NCBI GenBank assembly: GCA_963674965.2 | Contig: CAXXFL010000006.1 | Span: 544,001 to 608,000 of the forward strand | DNA length: 64,000 nucleotides | Direction: 5' to 3' | Origin: a bacterium | Lineage (GTDB): Bacteria; RBG-13-61-14; DATKZS01 | The notes under the pieces: model-generated | Told to the model about the DNA's origin: nothing | Databases searched by the model: none | What the model saw: only the letters and a program-made list of their open reading frames with translations | In this document: positions 9,082-23,000 of the stretch, piece after piece | Position numbering within the stretch: position 1 is the stretch's first letter | How the letters are laid out: every line of letters begins with the position of its first letter | Position numbers and translations under genes: made by a program

Positions 9082-10536
9082 TTACATGGCAAAGGGGTTC
9101 TTTTTATTATGGTGGATGGCCGCCAGGAGCTTGCCCAGCTTGGCCCCCTCCCTGACCTGGTCGCGGTAATCGAACAGCTCGGGATGCCGCTCGATGTACT
9201 CGGTGTCTATCTTGCGCTCGAGGAACTCGGGCTCCATAACCAGTTTCTGGTAAAAGGGGATGGTGGTCTTGGGTCCCGCGATGACGAATCCCTTCAGGGC
9301 CCGCTCGAGCCTGCTGGTGGTATCGCTCCAGGTGAAACCGTAGACCGTCAGCTTGACCAGCAGGGAGTCGTATTCCTCGGGTATGCGATAGCCCTGGTAG
9401 ACCATGCCGTCAAGCCTGATGCCGGGTCCGCCCGGCGAGTTGTAGACGGCCACGGTGGTCCCGCTGTCGGGCGCGAAGTCGCGGCGGGGGTCCTCGGCGT
9501 TGATCCGCATCTCGATGGCGAAGCCCCGGCAGAGGACGTCGGACTGCATGACGTCGAGGGGCATGTCCTGGGCCACCCTTAATTGGCGCCTTACAATGTC
9601 GATGCCGGTAATGGACTCGGTCACCGTGTGCTCGACCTGGAGTCGGGTGTTGATCTCGAGGAAGTAGAACTTGTCGTCCGAATCAAGGAGGAACTCGACC
9701 GTGCCGGCGTTGGTGTAGCCGGAATGGCGGGCGTAAAGGAGCGCGGTCTCGAGGACCTTGGCCTCCAGCTCGGGCGCGATAAGGCCTGGGGCCACCTCGA
9801 CCAGCTTCTGGTGGCGGCGCTGGATCGAGCAGTTCCTGGCCCCGAGATGGATTATATCTCCGTGATGGTCGCCTAGAATCTGGACCTCGAGATGGCGGGG
9901 CTTGACCAGACCCTTCTCCAGGTAGAGCCTGTCGTCGTTAAAGGCGCTCTTGGCTTCCCTGCGGGCCAGCCCGATCTGGTCCTTAAGCTCCTTTTCATTA
10001 TCCACCCGGCGGATGCCGCGGCCGCCGCCGCCGGCCACCGCCTTGATCATCACCGGGTAACCGACCTCCTTGGCGAACGACAGGGCCTGACTCAGGCCGT
10101 CATCCCCGGAAGGAAGGATGCCGCTCCCGGGTATCACGGGCACGCCGGCCTCGATGGCCAGATTGCGGGCGATGGTTTTGTCTCCCAGGCTTTTGACCAC
10201 CCTGGAGGGAGGCCCGATAAATATTATGCCCTCATCCTCGCAGGCGGCGGCCAGGTCGGGGTTCTCGGCCAGGAAACCGTAACCCGGATGAAGCGCCTGG
10301 CACTCCGAGCGTTTGGCCGCCCAGATGATGCGGTCAATGTCCAGATAGTCCTTTTTCGGGCCGGGACCGATCCAGATGGCCTCGTCCGCCGTGTGGATGT
10401 GCCGTGAATACTGGTCCGGCGTCTCGTAAATGGCGACGGCTTTGAGGCCCTCTTCCTGTACGGCTCGGCAGATTCTTATGGCTATCTCGCCGCGGTTGGC
10501 CACCAACACTTTATTAATTTTTCCTACTCTTCGCAC
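9082..10536 (-). CDS. pycA: Pyruvate carboxylase subunit A (biotin carboxylase)
   Basis: KVLVANRGEIA, HPGYGFLAEN, GGGGRG, CSIQRRHQK, EINTRLQVEH, RINAEDP; GTG start; adjacent to pycB. Confidence 0.9.
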   Translation of the reverse strand: MRRVGKINKVLVANRGEIAIRICRAVQEEGLKAVAIYETPDQYSRHIHTADEAIWIGPGPKKDYLDIDRIIWAAKRSECQALHPGYGFLAENPDLAAACEDEGIIFIGPPSRVVKSLGDKTIARNLAIEAGVPVIPGSGILPSGDDGLSQALSFAKEVGYPVMIKAVAGGGGRGIRRVDNEKELKDQIGLARREAKSAFNDDRLYLEKGLVKPRHLEVQILGDHHGDIIHLGARNCSIQRRHQKLVEVAPGLIAPELEAKVLETALLYARHSGYTNAGTVEFLLDSDDKFYFLEINTRLQVEHTVTESITGIDIVRRQLRVAQDMPLDVMQSDVLCRGFAIEMRINAEDPRRDFAPDSGTTVAVYNSPGGPGIRLDGMVYQGYRIPEEYDSLLVKLTVYGFTWSDTTSRLERALKGFVIAGPKTTIPFYQKLVMEPEFLERKIDTEYIERHPELFDYRDQVREGAKLGKLLAAIHHNKKNPFAM

Positions 10537-10719
10537 GATACTCCCCTTTTTTCAAGGACTTGCCTTGAAAAACAACGAACCTAATAATTTTAATAAGCAA
10601 TGCTACCGGGCAAGAAATATGATCAAAGCCGGAAGAACGAATTGATATTGATTTTAGTACAAATCATCCGGACGTTCAAATCTCGCGCTAAAAAAACTGA
10701 TTCTTGGCGGCGAAGCCGC

Positions 10720-10843
10720 TTTGGACTGCGGTCGTTTGAGACCGCTTTAGATGGCCTTGGCTTGACAAGGCCAATAAATACAACGCCTTTCCTCGCGTCA
10801 AGCCGCTCGGAAGCAAAGCGGAGTCGAGCCGCCGCACTCCAAA
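10720..10843. repeat. Inverted pair of REP-like palindromic elements (REPIN-like)
   Basis: TTTGGACTGCGGTCGTTTGAGACCGCTTT (10720-10748) and, on the minus strand, TTTGGAGTGCGGCGGCTCGACTCCGCTTT (10815-10843): 22/29 identical, each with an internal GCGG..CCGC palindrome. Confidence 0.65.
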
Positions 10844-11023
10844 TCTGGACTTTTATAAGAGGCGCAATAATTACCAGTAAAAGCCGCCGTACAAAATATA
10901 GCGCCCGGAAATATAATCGTTACAACGCCGCGACACTAATAACAATATACATTACTAAGAGACTGATATATCAAAGGAAAGGACGGCCGATTGGCCGCCA
11001 TTTCCCGGTAAAGGTCCAAGACT

Positions 11024-14000
11024 TTACTGGGCCACTATCGTGACTATCCTGTCTTCGGTGATGGCGGCACAATATCTTCCAAGTCCTCCGCTCCCGCACT
11101 CGGGGGTCGAGGCCTTGAGGTAAATGGTACCGGCGGCCGTGGCGCGAAGCACAATGGTGGACCGTCCGCCAGAGGCTATGGCGCCGGAGATATCGTAACG
11201 TCCCGAGCCGGAGTCGCCCTCCCCTCCCAGAATTACCGCCGAGCCCGTAGAGCCGGCGCCGTCAATCTCGAATACCACGCCAAAGCCGGCCGTGTAGTTG
11301 GGATAATCGTTCTTTACGCCAATGGTGACCCGAACGGTCGAGCCCACGTCGACGTTAACGATTGAGTCTCCCACCAGCTCGAGGGAAGTGGGTCTTCCAG
11401 GCACGGAAGAAACGCTCTGCAGGGAGGCCATCTGTCTAAGGAGAGAGAGGTCCAGGGACGAGACGATCTCGTCCATGTCCAACTCCTGGGTGTCGCCGTT
11501 CGGTGGAATAACTCCCGTATAGGAAACCGAACTCAGGGCTATCCTGGACTTGAGCGTATTTACGTCGAGGGGGGACAGGAGGCCGTCGGCGGAGGTCGTG
11601 TTGCCGGAATCGGTCCAGTAGAAACACCCCGGCCCGCCGGTCACGTTCTCGTCCCACAGGTCCGTGTCGTTGTAGTACTCATGGCAGTTGGGGTTCCCGT
11701 CCGCGTCGAAGTCGGCCGAGCATCCGTCCGAGTCGTCAAGCGGATTCAAGTTGTTCGAGTGACCCGAGGAATTGGCAACCTCGAAGGGGTCGGGCAGATG
11801 GTCGCCGTCCGTGTCCCAGGCGGTTGATCCGGTCCCGTAGGTCACCGTCTCCTCGTAGTCGTCGAGTCCGTCGTCGTCGGAGTCGTCGTCGCAGGGACTG
11901 CTCTCGGTCGAGTCCACCACTCCGTCGGCGTTTAGGTCCTCGCCCTTGGCGCAAAGAACGGTGTCACCGTCCATTACCGAGGTGTTGCCGTCACAAAGGC
12001 CGTCATCGTCCGAGTCGTAGTCCTCCGAGTCGAGACATCCAACGCCGTCCTCGACCGAGTCCTCGATGCCGTCGCCGTCCGTGTCGACCCCACCCACCGG
12101 CGTCATGCTGAAGTCGTGCCTGGTCGTCTCGCCGTCGGAAACCTCGAGGTCCTCGACCAGGTAGGTCTCATAGCCGTCAAGCGCGGCGAAAATGTAATGG
12201 TTGCTCGCCTGCACCAGGCGGATGGAGAACTCGCCCTTGTGGTCGGTCGAGGCGGATTTGCCCGAAATCTCGAGGCTGAGGCCGCCCAGGGGATCGCCGT
12301 GCTCGTCCGTGACCTTGCCCAGCAGGACTCCCGTGCTGGCGAAGGGCGAGAGCACCACGTTCTTGGTCGAGGTCGAGTTCTCGTTAATGACGGGACAAAG
12401 CTCGGTCTTGCTCGAGTAGTTGGTGGCGCTGTAGCTGCACAGGTATCCGCTGCCCGAGGGCACGGTGCCGTTTATGTAGTATTGGCCGCCGCCGCTGGTA
12501 TAGACGATGGTCCCGGTGGTGGGCATCTGCCAGATCACCTGGACCCTGGCGCCCTGGACCCCGAACCCGGTGGCCAGGTCCGTGACCTTGCCGTTAAGGG
12601 AGCCGAAGGTCCCGGACTCCTGGTCCACGTAGAGGCTGTAGGAGGTCCCGGCTCCGTAGCCGCTCAGGCTGTGCCGAACCATGGCGTAATAGGTGGCCCC
12701 GTCCGCCACGAAATAGATATAGGACTCGGACTCGTGGAAGTCGTCGTTAAAATCGACCAGGTCGAGGGTCGAGCCGTTCAGCTTGTAAAGCTCCATGTAG
12801 GTGTCGCAGTTCTCGCCCAGGTTGCCCGTGTAAACCACGTAGGGGTTGCCCTCGTTGCCGTAAAACACGATCCAGTCCTCATCCACGTCGGAGTGGAAGT
12901 TATGGAGCTGGCCGGTGCTCGAGCCCACGGTGATCGAGCTGGCCTGGGTCTCGTCGTTGTCCGGCTCGTAGGCGTCCATGCCCCTCAGCGTGATGTAGGT
13001 AGTGGCCGGGTCGCTCAGGTTGCCCGCGCTGTCCTTGGCGTAAACGGTGACCGTGTAGTCGCCGTTGATGGTGAAGATGTTGTCCGACTGGGTCTGGGTG
13101 AACACGTGCTCGTAGCGGTCGTCGCCGTCGGGATCGGTCAAGTGCACGATCGGTATCAGGTCGTCCTCTATCTTGGGCGTCTCGAAGCTCTCGTCGATGG
13201 TGGGGGCCTCGTATCCTGGAGGCGTGATGACGGCGTAAACGCCGGCGATGTCGTTGAAATTCATCACGTCCACCCAGATGGTGGCGGTGTCGCCCGAGTC
13301 GATCTCGACCGAGGGGCTGGCCTGCAGGTCGGGCGTCTCGTCTCCGGTGAAGAACTCGGACCCGAGGTACTTGCCCTCCGAGTAGGCCCCGTCCCGGTCG
13401 GCCCCGGAGGCCACGTAAACGCCGTCGCCGTTGTCGTCCAGCCGCGGCGACTGTCCCGACCATCCCTTGATGGCGGCCGCCGCCAGGTTGAAGGAACTCT
13501 TGATGTCCTGGCCGGCCATGACGTTATTGAGGAAGAACTGGCTGAAGCTGACCGTGCCGTTGACCGTGAAGAAGGCCGGGCTGGTGGCCGAGGCGCTCGA
13601 GATAACGATCCGGTCGGCCGAGCCCGAGCCCAGGTTGTCGATGAAGCTGCCCGAGTAGCAGGCGTCGTAAATGACGTTGACCCGGCAGGGATGGGACGTC
13701 TGAATATCGTCCAGCCACCCGTCCAGGCTGTCGGCGGAAAGCACCACCGGAGTGACCGTTTCGCCCACCACTATCCTGTCCACCAGGAAGCTGTCCACCC
13801 CGCCGTGGTCCAGGAGGTACACGGTAAGAGGAACGTCAGGATCGCTGGACACGGGAGAAGTGGGACCGTTGAACCAATGGCCGTCAACCGTCCCGCCCTC
13901 GGCCGCGGCCCAGCCGGTGATGGCGTACCTCATATTGTCCAGGCTGGGCAGGGCGTCCACGTCGTTGTAGTAGCCGTCGCCGTTGCCGTCGAAGGTCTGG

Positions 14001-17000
14001 GTCTTGTTCGGGTTCATGTAGAATATCTTGTCCGGCGTGAAGCCCCTCGAGATGAGGGTCTTGTACGCGAAGTTGGCCAGGTAGTTGATGTTGTTGACCA
14101 GGCGGTTGTCGTCCAAAAGGCCGCCGCCCGCCACGATCACCGCTCTGCCCACGTCCTCGGTGATGGTGATCTTGGCGCTCACCACGTCCGCGGGAGTGGA
14201 TGAATCGAGCACCGAGATGGTGTACTCGCCGTAAATCGATCCCGCCTGGAACATGAAGGTGTCGCCGTCGCCGATCGAAATCATGCCGCCCAGGGCGTAC
14301 CACTCGTAGGGAGCGGTCCCGCCCACGACCCTGAACTCCTGCGTCTCGCCCGGGGCCAGGCCCACGGCCTGCGGCTGTATCTGGAACACCAGCTTGGTCA
14401 GCTTCACGTCGGCCGCGAAGCTCACGCCCCTGGTGTCCACCACGGCGACCAGGTAAGAACCCGGATCGGGTCCGGGCGCGTAATGAAGGGTCGTTCCCTC
14501 CACGACGGCCGTCCCGCCCGTATAGGACCAATCGTAGGGAGGTATGCCGCCGGTGACCTTGAAGTCCACCGTGTCGCCGTTGGTGGGTACCTCGACCACG
14601 GACGGCGTGATAACAACCAGTCCCGGCTTGTCGATGGTGAAGACCAGGTTGCGGTCCAGGGCCCGCCCGGTCGAGGCCACGTCGTCGGCCAAGATGGACA
14701 GGCTGTGGGTGCCGAGTTTGGAGCCGGCCTTGACCTCGACCAGGTGGTCGTCAAGGCCCTGTTGGGTAAGGTCGATGGTCACGGTGTTGCCGGTCCAAAC
14801 CTCGTTGTAATCGACGCCCAGTGCCAGGACGTCCTCGTCGAGGGCCAGGACCGGGTAAGCGGGAGTATCTATTCCCGAGGTCTTATCGTACAGGACCACC
14901 TGCACGGTGATAGTGTCGCTGAGGATCACGTCCCCATCGTAAGGCGATGCGCTTATCAGTTGGGGACCGACAATGTCCATCTTGCTAACGTCCGAGGAGA
15001 CGGGAGAGGCGGAAACTCCGCCCTGGTTGACGGCGATGACCGTGGCCACCACCGAGTCGCCGTCGGAAAGGAGAAGACCCTGCGCCGTGACCTGGCAGTA
15101 GCCCACCGTGCAGGAGTAGCCGACTCCCGTGTAGCCTAGGTACTCGGTCCCGCCCGGCGCGGCGCCGATGGCGTAGAGGTAGCCGACCTCGGAGTCGGGG
15201 TCGGTGGCCTCGTCCCATCCGATCCAAAGGGTGCTTCCCTCGCTGAGCCAGTAGCTCTCGAGCATGACCGACATGCCGTCGATTACCGGAGGTGAAACGT
15301 CGATAAAGGTCGAGCAGTCGGGTATAGCCGGTGATTCCTCCACGTTGCCCGCGCGGTCCACCGCGATGGTGGAAAACTCGTAAGTCCCGTTGGCGGTCGA
15401 GCCGAACAGGAAAGAGCCCGAGGAGCCCGAGTCGGTGGAGCCGAAAAGCGTCATCTCTCCTCCGTCATGGCTATACCACAGACTGACCTCGGCGCAGTCC
15501 TCGTCGGCCGTCCAGGTGACGGGGAAGGCCACGTCGCCGCCGTAAGGAGGGCTCGAGGCCGAGGACGACGGGTCGGTCCAGTCCACGATGGTGGTGGCCT
15601 CAGCCGAGCTCTTGGGCGGCTCGACGTGTATGGGCGAGAAGAAGCCTCGCGTATAGAACCGGTACGTGCCTTCTCCGTATTGCGGCACGTACTGGAATTC
15701 TCCAAATTCCTGCCTGGCCGTGTAGCCCGAATTCTGGAACAAAGACCCGTTCCAGCTCACGTATAGAGTGACCAGCGAGGTGGGCTCGGTGGTGTTGGCG
15801 AATATGACCCAGACCGTGTTGCCGTTCTCATAGGGCTCGGATGAGCAGATCGTGACGGGGTCGCCGTTGGCCGTGAACATGTCCGAGCCGTATGTGTACT
15901 CGTCGCCGTCGTTTCGGCCGTCGTCGTCCATGTCCGGGTCCAGGGGGTCGGATAAAACCGGATAATTGACTTCAACGTAGTCGCTAAGGCCGTCGCCGTC
16001 CGTGTCAACCTGGTTCGGGTCGGTGCCGTAAGTAATGATTTCCTCGCCGTCCCATAGCCCGTCGCCGTCCGTGTCAGGGTCGTTCGGGTCCGTGCCGTAG
16101 GCGGCCTCCGCCGCGTCGGGCAGGTAGTCGCCGTCGTTGTCGAAACCGACCTGGTCGAACATTATGCCGTCCAGCGTGTTGCCGACCACGAACCAGGCCA
16201 CGCCGTATACCGATCCCGTCCACTCGATGGATGGATAATAGGCGTTAGCGGAATCTCCCGAGATGGAGATGGGATAGCCCATCTGGAAGCCGCCCACGTG
16301 GACTCGGGACAAGAATATCATGTCGCGTCCGGAGTCGCTCTCCCATTGGAAATAGGCGATCCCGAACTCGTGATTCCCGGCCGTTATGTCCGCGTCGCCG
16401 CAGTTGTAACTATACCCCTCTGACACGGTGAACGGCGTCTCAAGGGTGTCGCCGTCGGCCGAAATTCCGACGAATTGGACGTTACACCACATGTAATCGA
16501 TGTATTTGAAGGCCAGCCCAAAAAGGCCATCGTCGTGCCAGGCTAGGGACGGCTCTCCATGGTATGAAAACATCGCGGAATGAGTAATTTGTTGGCCGAG
16601 CGACAAGACGTTGCCAGCGTCGTCGATCCTTGTGAAATAAATCTCGACCGTAGACCCTTCTCCAGGCATGTCCCACTCGTAAGCCACGCCGAACTCACTT
16701 CCGCTCCATGCGATCGTCGGCGAGTGGGCCCCACCGTAGGGGGCGCTGGAGGTAAGCTGCACTCCCGGCATTAAGGTGTCGCCGTTTTGATCGAGCCTGG
16801 TGAAGAACAACTCCTCGTTCCCGTCGGCCAACCAGTTTATATAGACCGCGCCGTACTCCGATCCGGTCCAGGCGACGTCGGGGTAGGTCTCTAAATCCAT
16901 GGCGTCGTTGGCAAAGGGCTTCTCGGGCCCGGCCGTGTCGCCATACTGGTCAATCTGAATGAAATAGGAGTCATCGCCTCCTCTTTCCCATACCAGGGCA

Positions 17001-20000
17001 AACTCCGAGCTTCCCCAGGTCAATTTCGGGTTGACGTCGTCCATGATATGCGAGGTGATGGTGGTCCCGCCCAGCACGGTGTCGCCGAACTCGTTGATCC
17101 GGGCGAAAATAATATTGTAGTCATAGAGGGCGTCCATCTCGGTCCAGGCCACTCCGTACTGGGAGCCGGTCCAGGCCAGCGTCGGGGCCCAGGCGTCGGT
17201 AGCGGTGTCTCCCGAGGAAACCAACAGCCGCTTGCCGAAGGGCGCGAAGCCCGCGTCGTCATAAGGGTCCTCGGGGTCGCGGCCGCCCGCTATCTCGCTT
17301 CCGTCAAGCTCGCCGCCCATGTCCGTGTCGGGCGAGAGCGGGTTGGTAAAGTATCCGTACACGTGCATGACTTCCTCGAAGTCAGTAAGGTCGTCGTGGT
17401 CCGTGTCCTCGTCGGTCGGGTCGGTCTCCGAGTTGTAGACCTCGAAGCCGTCGCCAAGGCTGTCGTCGTCAGTGTCCCAGTCGTTGGGATCGGTCCCGTT
17501 AAGATACTCGTTCAGGTTGCTAAGGCCGTCGTAATCAGGGTCTCCCGAGGCGTCGTATAAATTCGGATTGAGCCCGTTCTCGACCTCCCAGCCGTCGGGC
17601 ATGTCGTCGCCGTCCGTGTCCCAGTTAATGGGATTGGTCATGGTGTCGTAAAGTTCCTGGTAGTCGGTCAGCCCGTCCGCGTCCGTGTCGGGGTCGCAGG
17701 GATCGAGTTGGGGCCGGTTCGTAAACTCGAACCAGTTGGTCAGGGTGTCCCCGTCCGCGTCGAGCATGTTGTCCACCGTGTTTATCATCAAACAGCCGTA
17801 CATGTACTCGTAGCCGTCGGGCATTCCGTCCGCGTCCGTGTCCTCGTAGACGCACGGATTGTGGCCGTTCTGGTACTCGAAGAGGTTGGTGTAATAGTCG
17901 TAATCAGCGTCCAGGTCGGAGTCGAAATAATTGGGATCTATGTAACAGGACGACCCGACCATCACCTCCCAGCCGTCGTCCATGCCGTCGTCGTCCGTGT
18001 CCCAGTCATAGGGGTCGGTCTCGTAGTCGTTTATCTCCTCCGCGTCCGTCAGCCCGTCGCCGTCGGTGTCGGCGTTGGTCCCTCCCATGCCGACGCGGGC
18101 GAACCATATCTCGTCCTCAATCCTGCCGTCCCTCCAGGCCACGCCGTACTCGGAGCCGTTCCAGTCCAGGGACGGGGCTTGGGACGTATCCACGTCGTCC
18201 TCGCTCACCTGTATGGGCGCGCACAGAGTCGATCCCGCGAGGTCGAGCTCGATGAAGAAAATCTCCTTGTAAGTTGTAGGCCGGAACTCGTAGGCCAGTC
18301 CGAACGCGGAGTGGCCATAAACCAGGTCGGGCATGGTGGGTTCATATAAACCGCCGCTATAGGTGATCCTTAAATTGGGGCCGATGGTGTCTCCGTCCGC
18401 TCCGACGCGAGTGAAGAATATCTCTCCGTACCAGTCACGATAATCCTCCCAGGCCGCGGCGTACTCATCGCCGGTCCAGACGAGTTTCGGGTTCTCGGGG
18501 CATTGCGTGGTGGCCCCCCCGCTGAGACTTATCTGAGGGCCGATGGTGTCGCCGTCCGCCGCCAGACGCGCGAACTTGACGTCCAAGGCCCCCCAATCCT
18601 CCCAGGCCAAGCCGAACTCCCCGTCGGCCCAGACAAGGGAAGGAGCTTGCGCGTCTCCGGAGGAATTGGAAACGATCCTTACGCCGTCCACGGTGTCTCC
18701 GTTAACGGCCACCCTCTGGAACAATACCTCCGTGTTCGCTCCTAACCGATATTTCTGGTAGGCCACGCCGTACTCGGACCCGGTCCAGGCGATGGAGGGA
18801 TAGCCGATGGATTCGATCGTCAACTCGGAGATGGCGGCCGGGCTTATTATGGTCGAGCCGTCCACGCCCACGCGGGTGAAATAGATCGAGTCCTGGGAAG
18901 CCGAATATTTCCAGCTCACGCCGAATTCAGACCCGGTCCACACGGCGTCCGTATGCGCTTGGGTGTCGTTCTCCAATTTCAGTCGAACGTCGGGGCCCAG
19001 GGTGTCCCCGAACATGTCGAGACGCTCGAAAAACACGTTTAAGTCGCTATCGCCTCGATTGTCCTCCCAGAACAGGCCGTACTCCGTGCCCCTCCAAAGC
19101 AGGGTCGGGTTAATGGCGTAGGCGCCGGCGTAGGTCACGCGCACCTCGTCCCCAATCCTTCCCATGTCGCCGGGATAGGGGGTGATGTCCGGGTCGAGCG
19201 GGTTGGACCCGTTTAATATCTCGATCCCGTCGTCCACGCCGTCGCCGTCGGTGTCGTTATCATAGGGGTCGGTGCCCGCGTTGCTGGGGCCGTTATACAC
19301 GCCCGTGTCGGTCTCGACCGCGTCGGGAGCGGAGTCGGAGTCGCCGTCGTCGTTCCAGACCATGGGGTCGGTCAGCCAGAAATAGACTTCCTTGCCGTCG
19401 TCGAACCCGTCGTCGTCGGAATCAATATCGTCCGGATAGGTGAGGTAAAGGTTCACCTCGTCGCCGTCGGTCACGCTGTCGCCGTCGGTGTCGCTCACGC
19501 AGGGAAGGGCGTCGTTCAGGAACTCATCGATATTACTTAGGCCGTCAAAGTCGTAATCCCAGGTAGCGTCGTAGTATGTGGGGTCGAGTCCGCAGATGGA
19601 TCCGTAATTTACCTCCCAGCCGTCCTCCATGCCGTCGCCGTCGCTGTCCTCGTCGCAGGGGTTGGTTCCCGACGCCAACTCGTAAATATTGCCGAGCCCG
19701 TCCGTGTCCCCGTCAAGCAGGGAATCACCCACCGTCGGATCGAGGCCGCAATACATGTAGAGATATTCCCAGTCGTCCCCCATGCCGTCCCCGTCGCTGT
19801 CCTCTTCGCAGGGGTTCGTGCCCAGCATGTATTCCTGCATGTTGGTCAGGGAATCCTCGTCTCCGTTGCTTGCCGAGTCGCCGACCATGGCGTTCACGCA
19901 GCCGTACATGGACTCCCAATGGTCGTCCATGCCGTCGCCGTCCGTGTCCGCCATAGTGTAATCGGTGCCGGCCAAGTCCTCGAGGAAGTCGCTTAGGCTG

Positions 20001-23000
20001 TCGCCGTCAGTGTCCAGGGTCATGTTGAAGCGGCCGTAATAGATATCGCCGCCGTCCCAGTCGTTGCCGGACCATACCACGTGCAAGTCCCCCTCGGGAC
20101 CGAAGGAACACTTGGGGTCGGCCGCGGAATTGCCGGCCAACACCGAGTACCATTCCTCGCCGACCAGGAAGCCAAGGTATAAGTTATCGGAAGAGTTGGT
20201 CCAGGCCAGGGCCACCAGGCCGTCGGACTGACGGGCCGCGGCGTGAGCCTCGTAACCCCCGAAAATATCTTGGCCGTATTGCCAACCCGCCGCGGTTTTC
20301 TTTCCCATCCGGATATAGGCGCTATTGAGCCAGAAAAGGTAAACGCCGTCGCCGGAGGTCACGGCCGATGGGATGTGATACGTGCTGGTGTAGCCGCCAT
20401 ATATCTGTTGCTGGTACTCCCAGCCCTCGCCTGGAGAATAATCGGAGACGTATATCTCACCGTCGTCCGTTCCCTCGTACCAGTAGACGCTGAGGGAGGA
20501 ACCGTCGAGGCCCAGGCCGGGCCGATACGAGTAATATCCGGGGTACGAAATACGATACTCCGCCGTGGTGTTTCCGCCGCTCTCGATGGTGAAGTGGTAA
20601 ACGTCGGATAGATCACTGTCTCCCCGCTGGTAAACCAGCTCGATGGTGTCTCCCATGGCCATGGCCTGAGGCCAATATTCCTCCTCGCTAGTGGCCTTGG
20701 CCGTTACCGGCCCGCTCCAGCTTCCGCCATTCCAGAAGGAATGGGCTATGTCCGAGCTGTAACCGTAGAGGGTGTCCTCGAAGAAGACGTGGACCACGCC
20801 CGAGGCGTCTATGACCACCTCAGGATGGCGGTTATCGTCTCCGGACGAGACGGTAAGAGGAGTGGCCCATCCCGTCGAGCCGTCCTTGATATTATGCACG
20901 ATGAAGTCCGGTCCCGTGCCGCCCCACTGCTCCCAGACCACGTTGATATCACCCGCGTCGTCGATGGCCAGGTCCGGCCTCGAGTTTCCAGCGGCCGTGT
21001 CCGAAATGATTACCACCGGGTAAACCAGGGGCACGTCGTCCAGCGGGTTGAGCGGATCGCGGCCCGCGTCGACCTCCCTCTTGTCGTCCTCGCCCCCGCC
21101 GTCGGTGTCAACGGCGCAGGGGTCGGTCGAGTTGCCGTATTCCTCGAGGTTGGAAAGGAGGTCGCCGTCGGGATCGCCCAGGGAGTCGCCCCATCCCACC
21201 ATCAGGCCGCAGCTGCCGCCGGCCAGTATCTCGAAGCCGTCGCTCATGCCGTCGCCGTCGGTGTCCCAATTGTCGGGATCGGCCCCCGCCGGTATCTCCT
21301 GCGAAGCCAAAAGTCCGTCGCCGTCGGCGTCAAGTGCGATACGCGAGAATTGCAGCGTCTCATGCGTGCTTCCGTACTCCTGCTGGACCCAGACCATGGC
21401 GTACTCGCTGCCGGTCCAGAGGACGCCCTGCTTGGAGGAACTGAGGTAATCGTCATCCATGCTGTTGGTCAATCTGGATTCTTTGAGGCTTACATTGCCT
21501 TTATCGTCGAGCAGGCCGCAGTAGATTTCGTAGTTTCCGTCCCTGTCGTCCTGCCATACCACCAGGTATTCCCCATCATCCTCGTTCCAGGCTATATCCG
21601 GGCTTACGCTTTCGTTACCATCCGAGGTCAGGATGCTCTCGGGTCCCAGGGTGTCTCCATCGCTTTCCATCCTTTGGAAAAGTATGGTGGAGTCGTTGGA
21701 ACTCCAGGCCATTCCCAGCGCGTCTCCCGCCCATTCCAAGGCGGGGGCCGAGGCGTTGACGGAGTTGTAGGTAATTCTGTTTTCATAGGTCACGGTGGCG
21801 CCGCTTGTAATGCCGGCCGCGTATACCTGGTAAATGGCGTCTCTGTTGTCGTACCAGGCCGCGGTGTATTCGCTTCCGGTCCAGACGAAATCGGGCAGAT
21901 ACTGCCGGTTGGTATCGGTCGTTACCTGCAGCTCGGAGGACGCGAAGCCTCCAAGGTTGGTAAGCCTTCTGAAATATATGTCCGGCATGCCGCCTCGCCA
22001 GTCCTCCCAGGCCAGTCCGTAACCGTTTTGGTCCCATACCAGTTTTGGGTTGCCTCGGTTTAGGGTCGAGTTGGTTATCCTTCTGTCGGACCCCATGGGC
22101 ATGCCGGTGGGAGAGATGCGGTTGAAAATTATTTCGTAGTTGCCATAAACGTTCGACTGCCACGCCAGGCCGAATAGCCAGTTCGATTCATTCCAGGCAA
22201 TGGAGCAGTTCCGGGCGACGCCCGTGCCGCCGGTTATCTGGACGACCGGGTCCACGCTCGAGCCATAATAGGTGAGAGGCACATAATAGATATCGTAGAT
22301 TGTTGAATACCCCTCGTACCAGCATACGCCCAGACCCGAGTCGTAATCCGCCATGGCCGGCCTGCCCACGCCGCTGGAGGAACCCCTCACCACCCTGGCC
22401 GAGCCCGCCATCTTGACGCTGGAGGCTATCTTCGAATCGTGGGGATTGGAGCCCCTGATCACCTCGAAGCCGTCAAGCACGCCGTCGTCGTCCGTGTCCG
22501 GATCGTTGGGATCGGTGCCCGTGTTGGTGGTTCCCGCGTAAACGCCCGTGTTCGTCTCGACCTGATCGGGCAACCCGTCCGAGTCCGTGTCGCCGTCGGG
22601 CGTGGAAGGGGAAGTGCCCCAAAGGTAAATTTCATCGTAGTCGGAAAAGCCGTCGCCGTCCGTGTCCGGGTCGCACGGGTCGGTCGAGTTGCCGTACTCG
22701 ATTATATTGGTCACGCTGTCGCCGTCGGCGTCGAGGAGTGAGTCAACGGCCAACGGGTCGAGCCCGCAGGAGGAATAGGAGTGTTCCCAGCCGTCCTCCA
22801 TGCCGTCGCTGTCCGTGTCGTCCGAACCGGGATGAGTCCCGAGAAAGTATTCCACGCGGTTAATGAGGCCGTCCGTGTCCCCGTCAAGGATGGCGTCGGA
22901 CGAGTCTCCCGCGCTGAAACCGTAAAAGGTTTCCCAGGTATTCGGTATGCCGTCGAAGTCGCCGTCCCAGAAGGCCGAGTCGGGACCGCCGGTAAAGCCC

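Noticed and set aside
12116-14203. Long plus-strand ORFs opposite real genes (also 206-1039, 7934-9169, 20741-22063, 40545-42932, 61034-62599)
   Set aside because: Antisense shadow frames caused by high-GC codon bias; no motifs, and they fully overlap well-supported genes.
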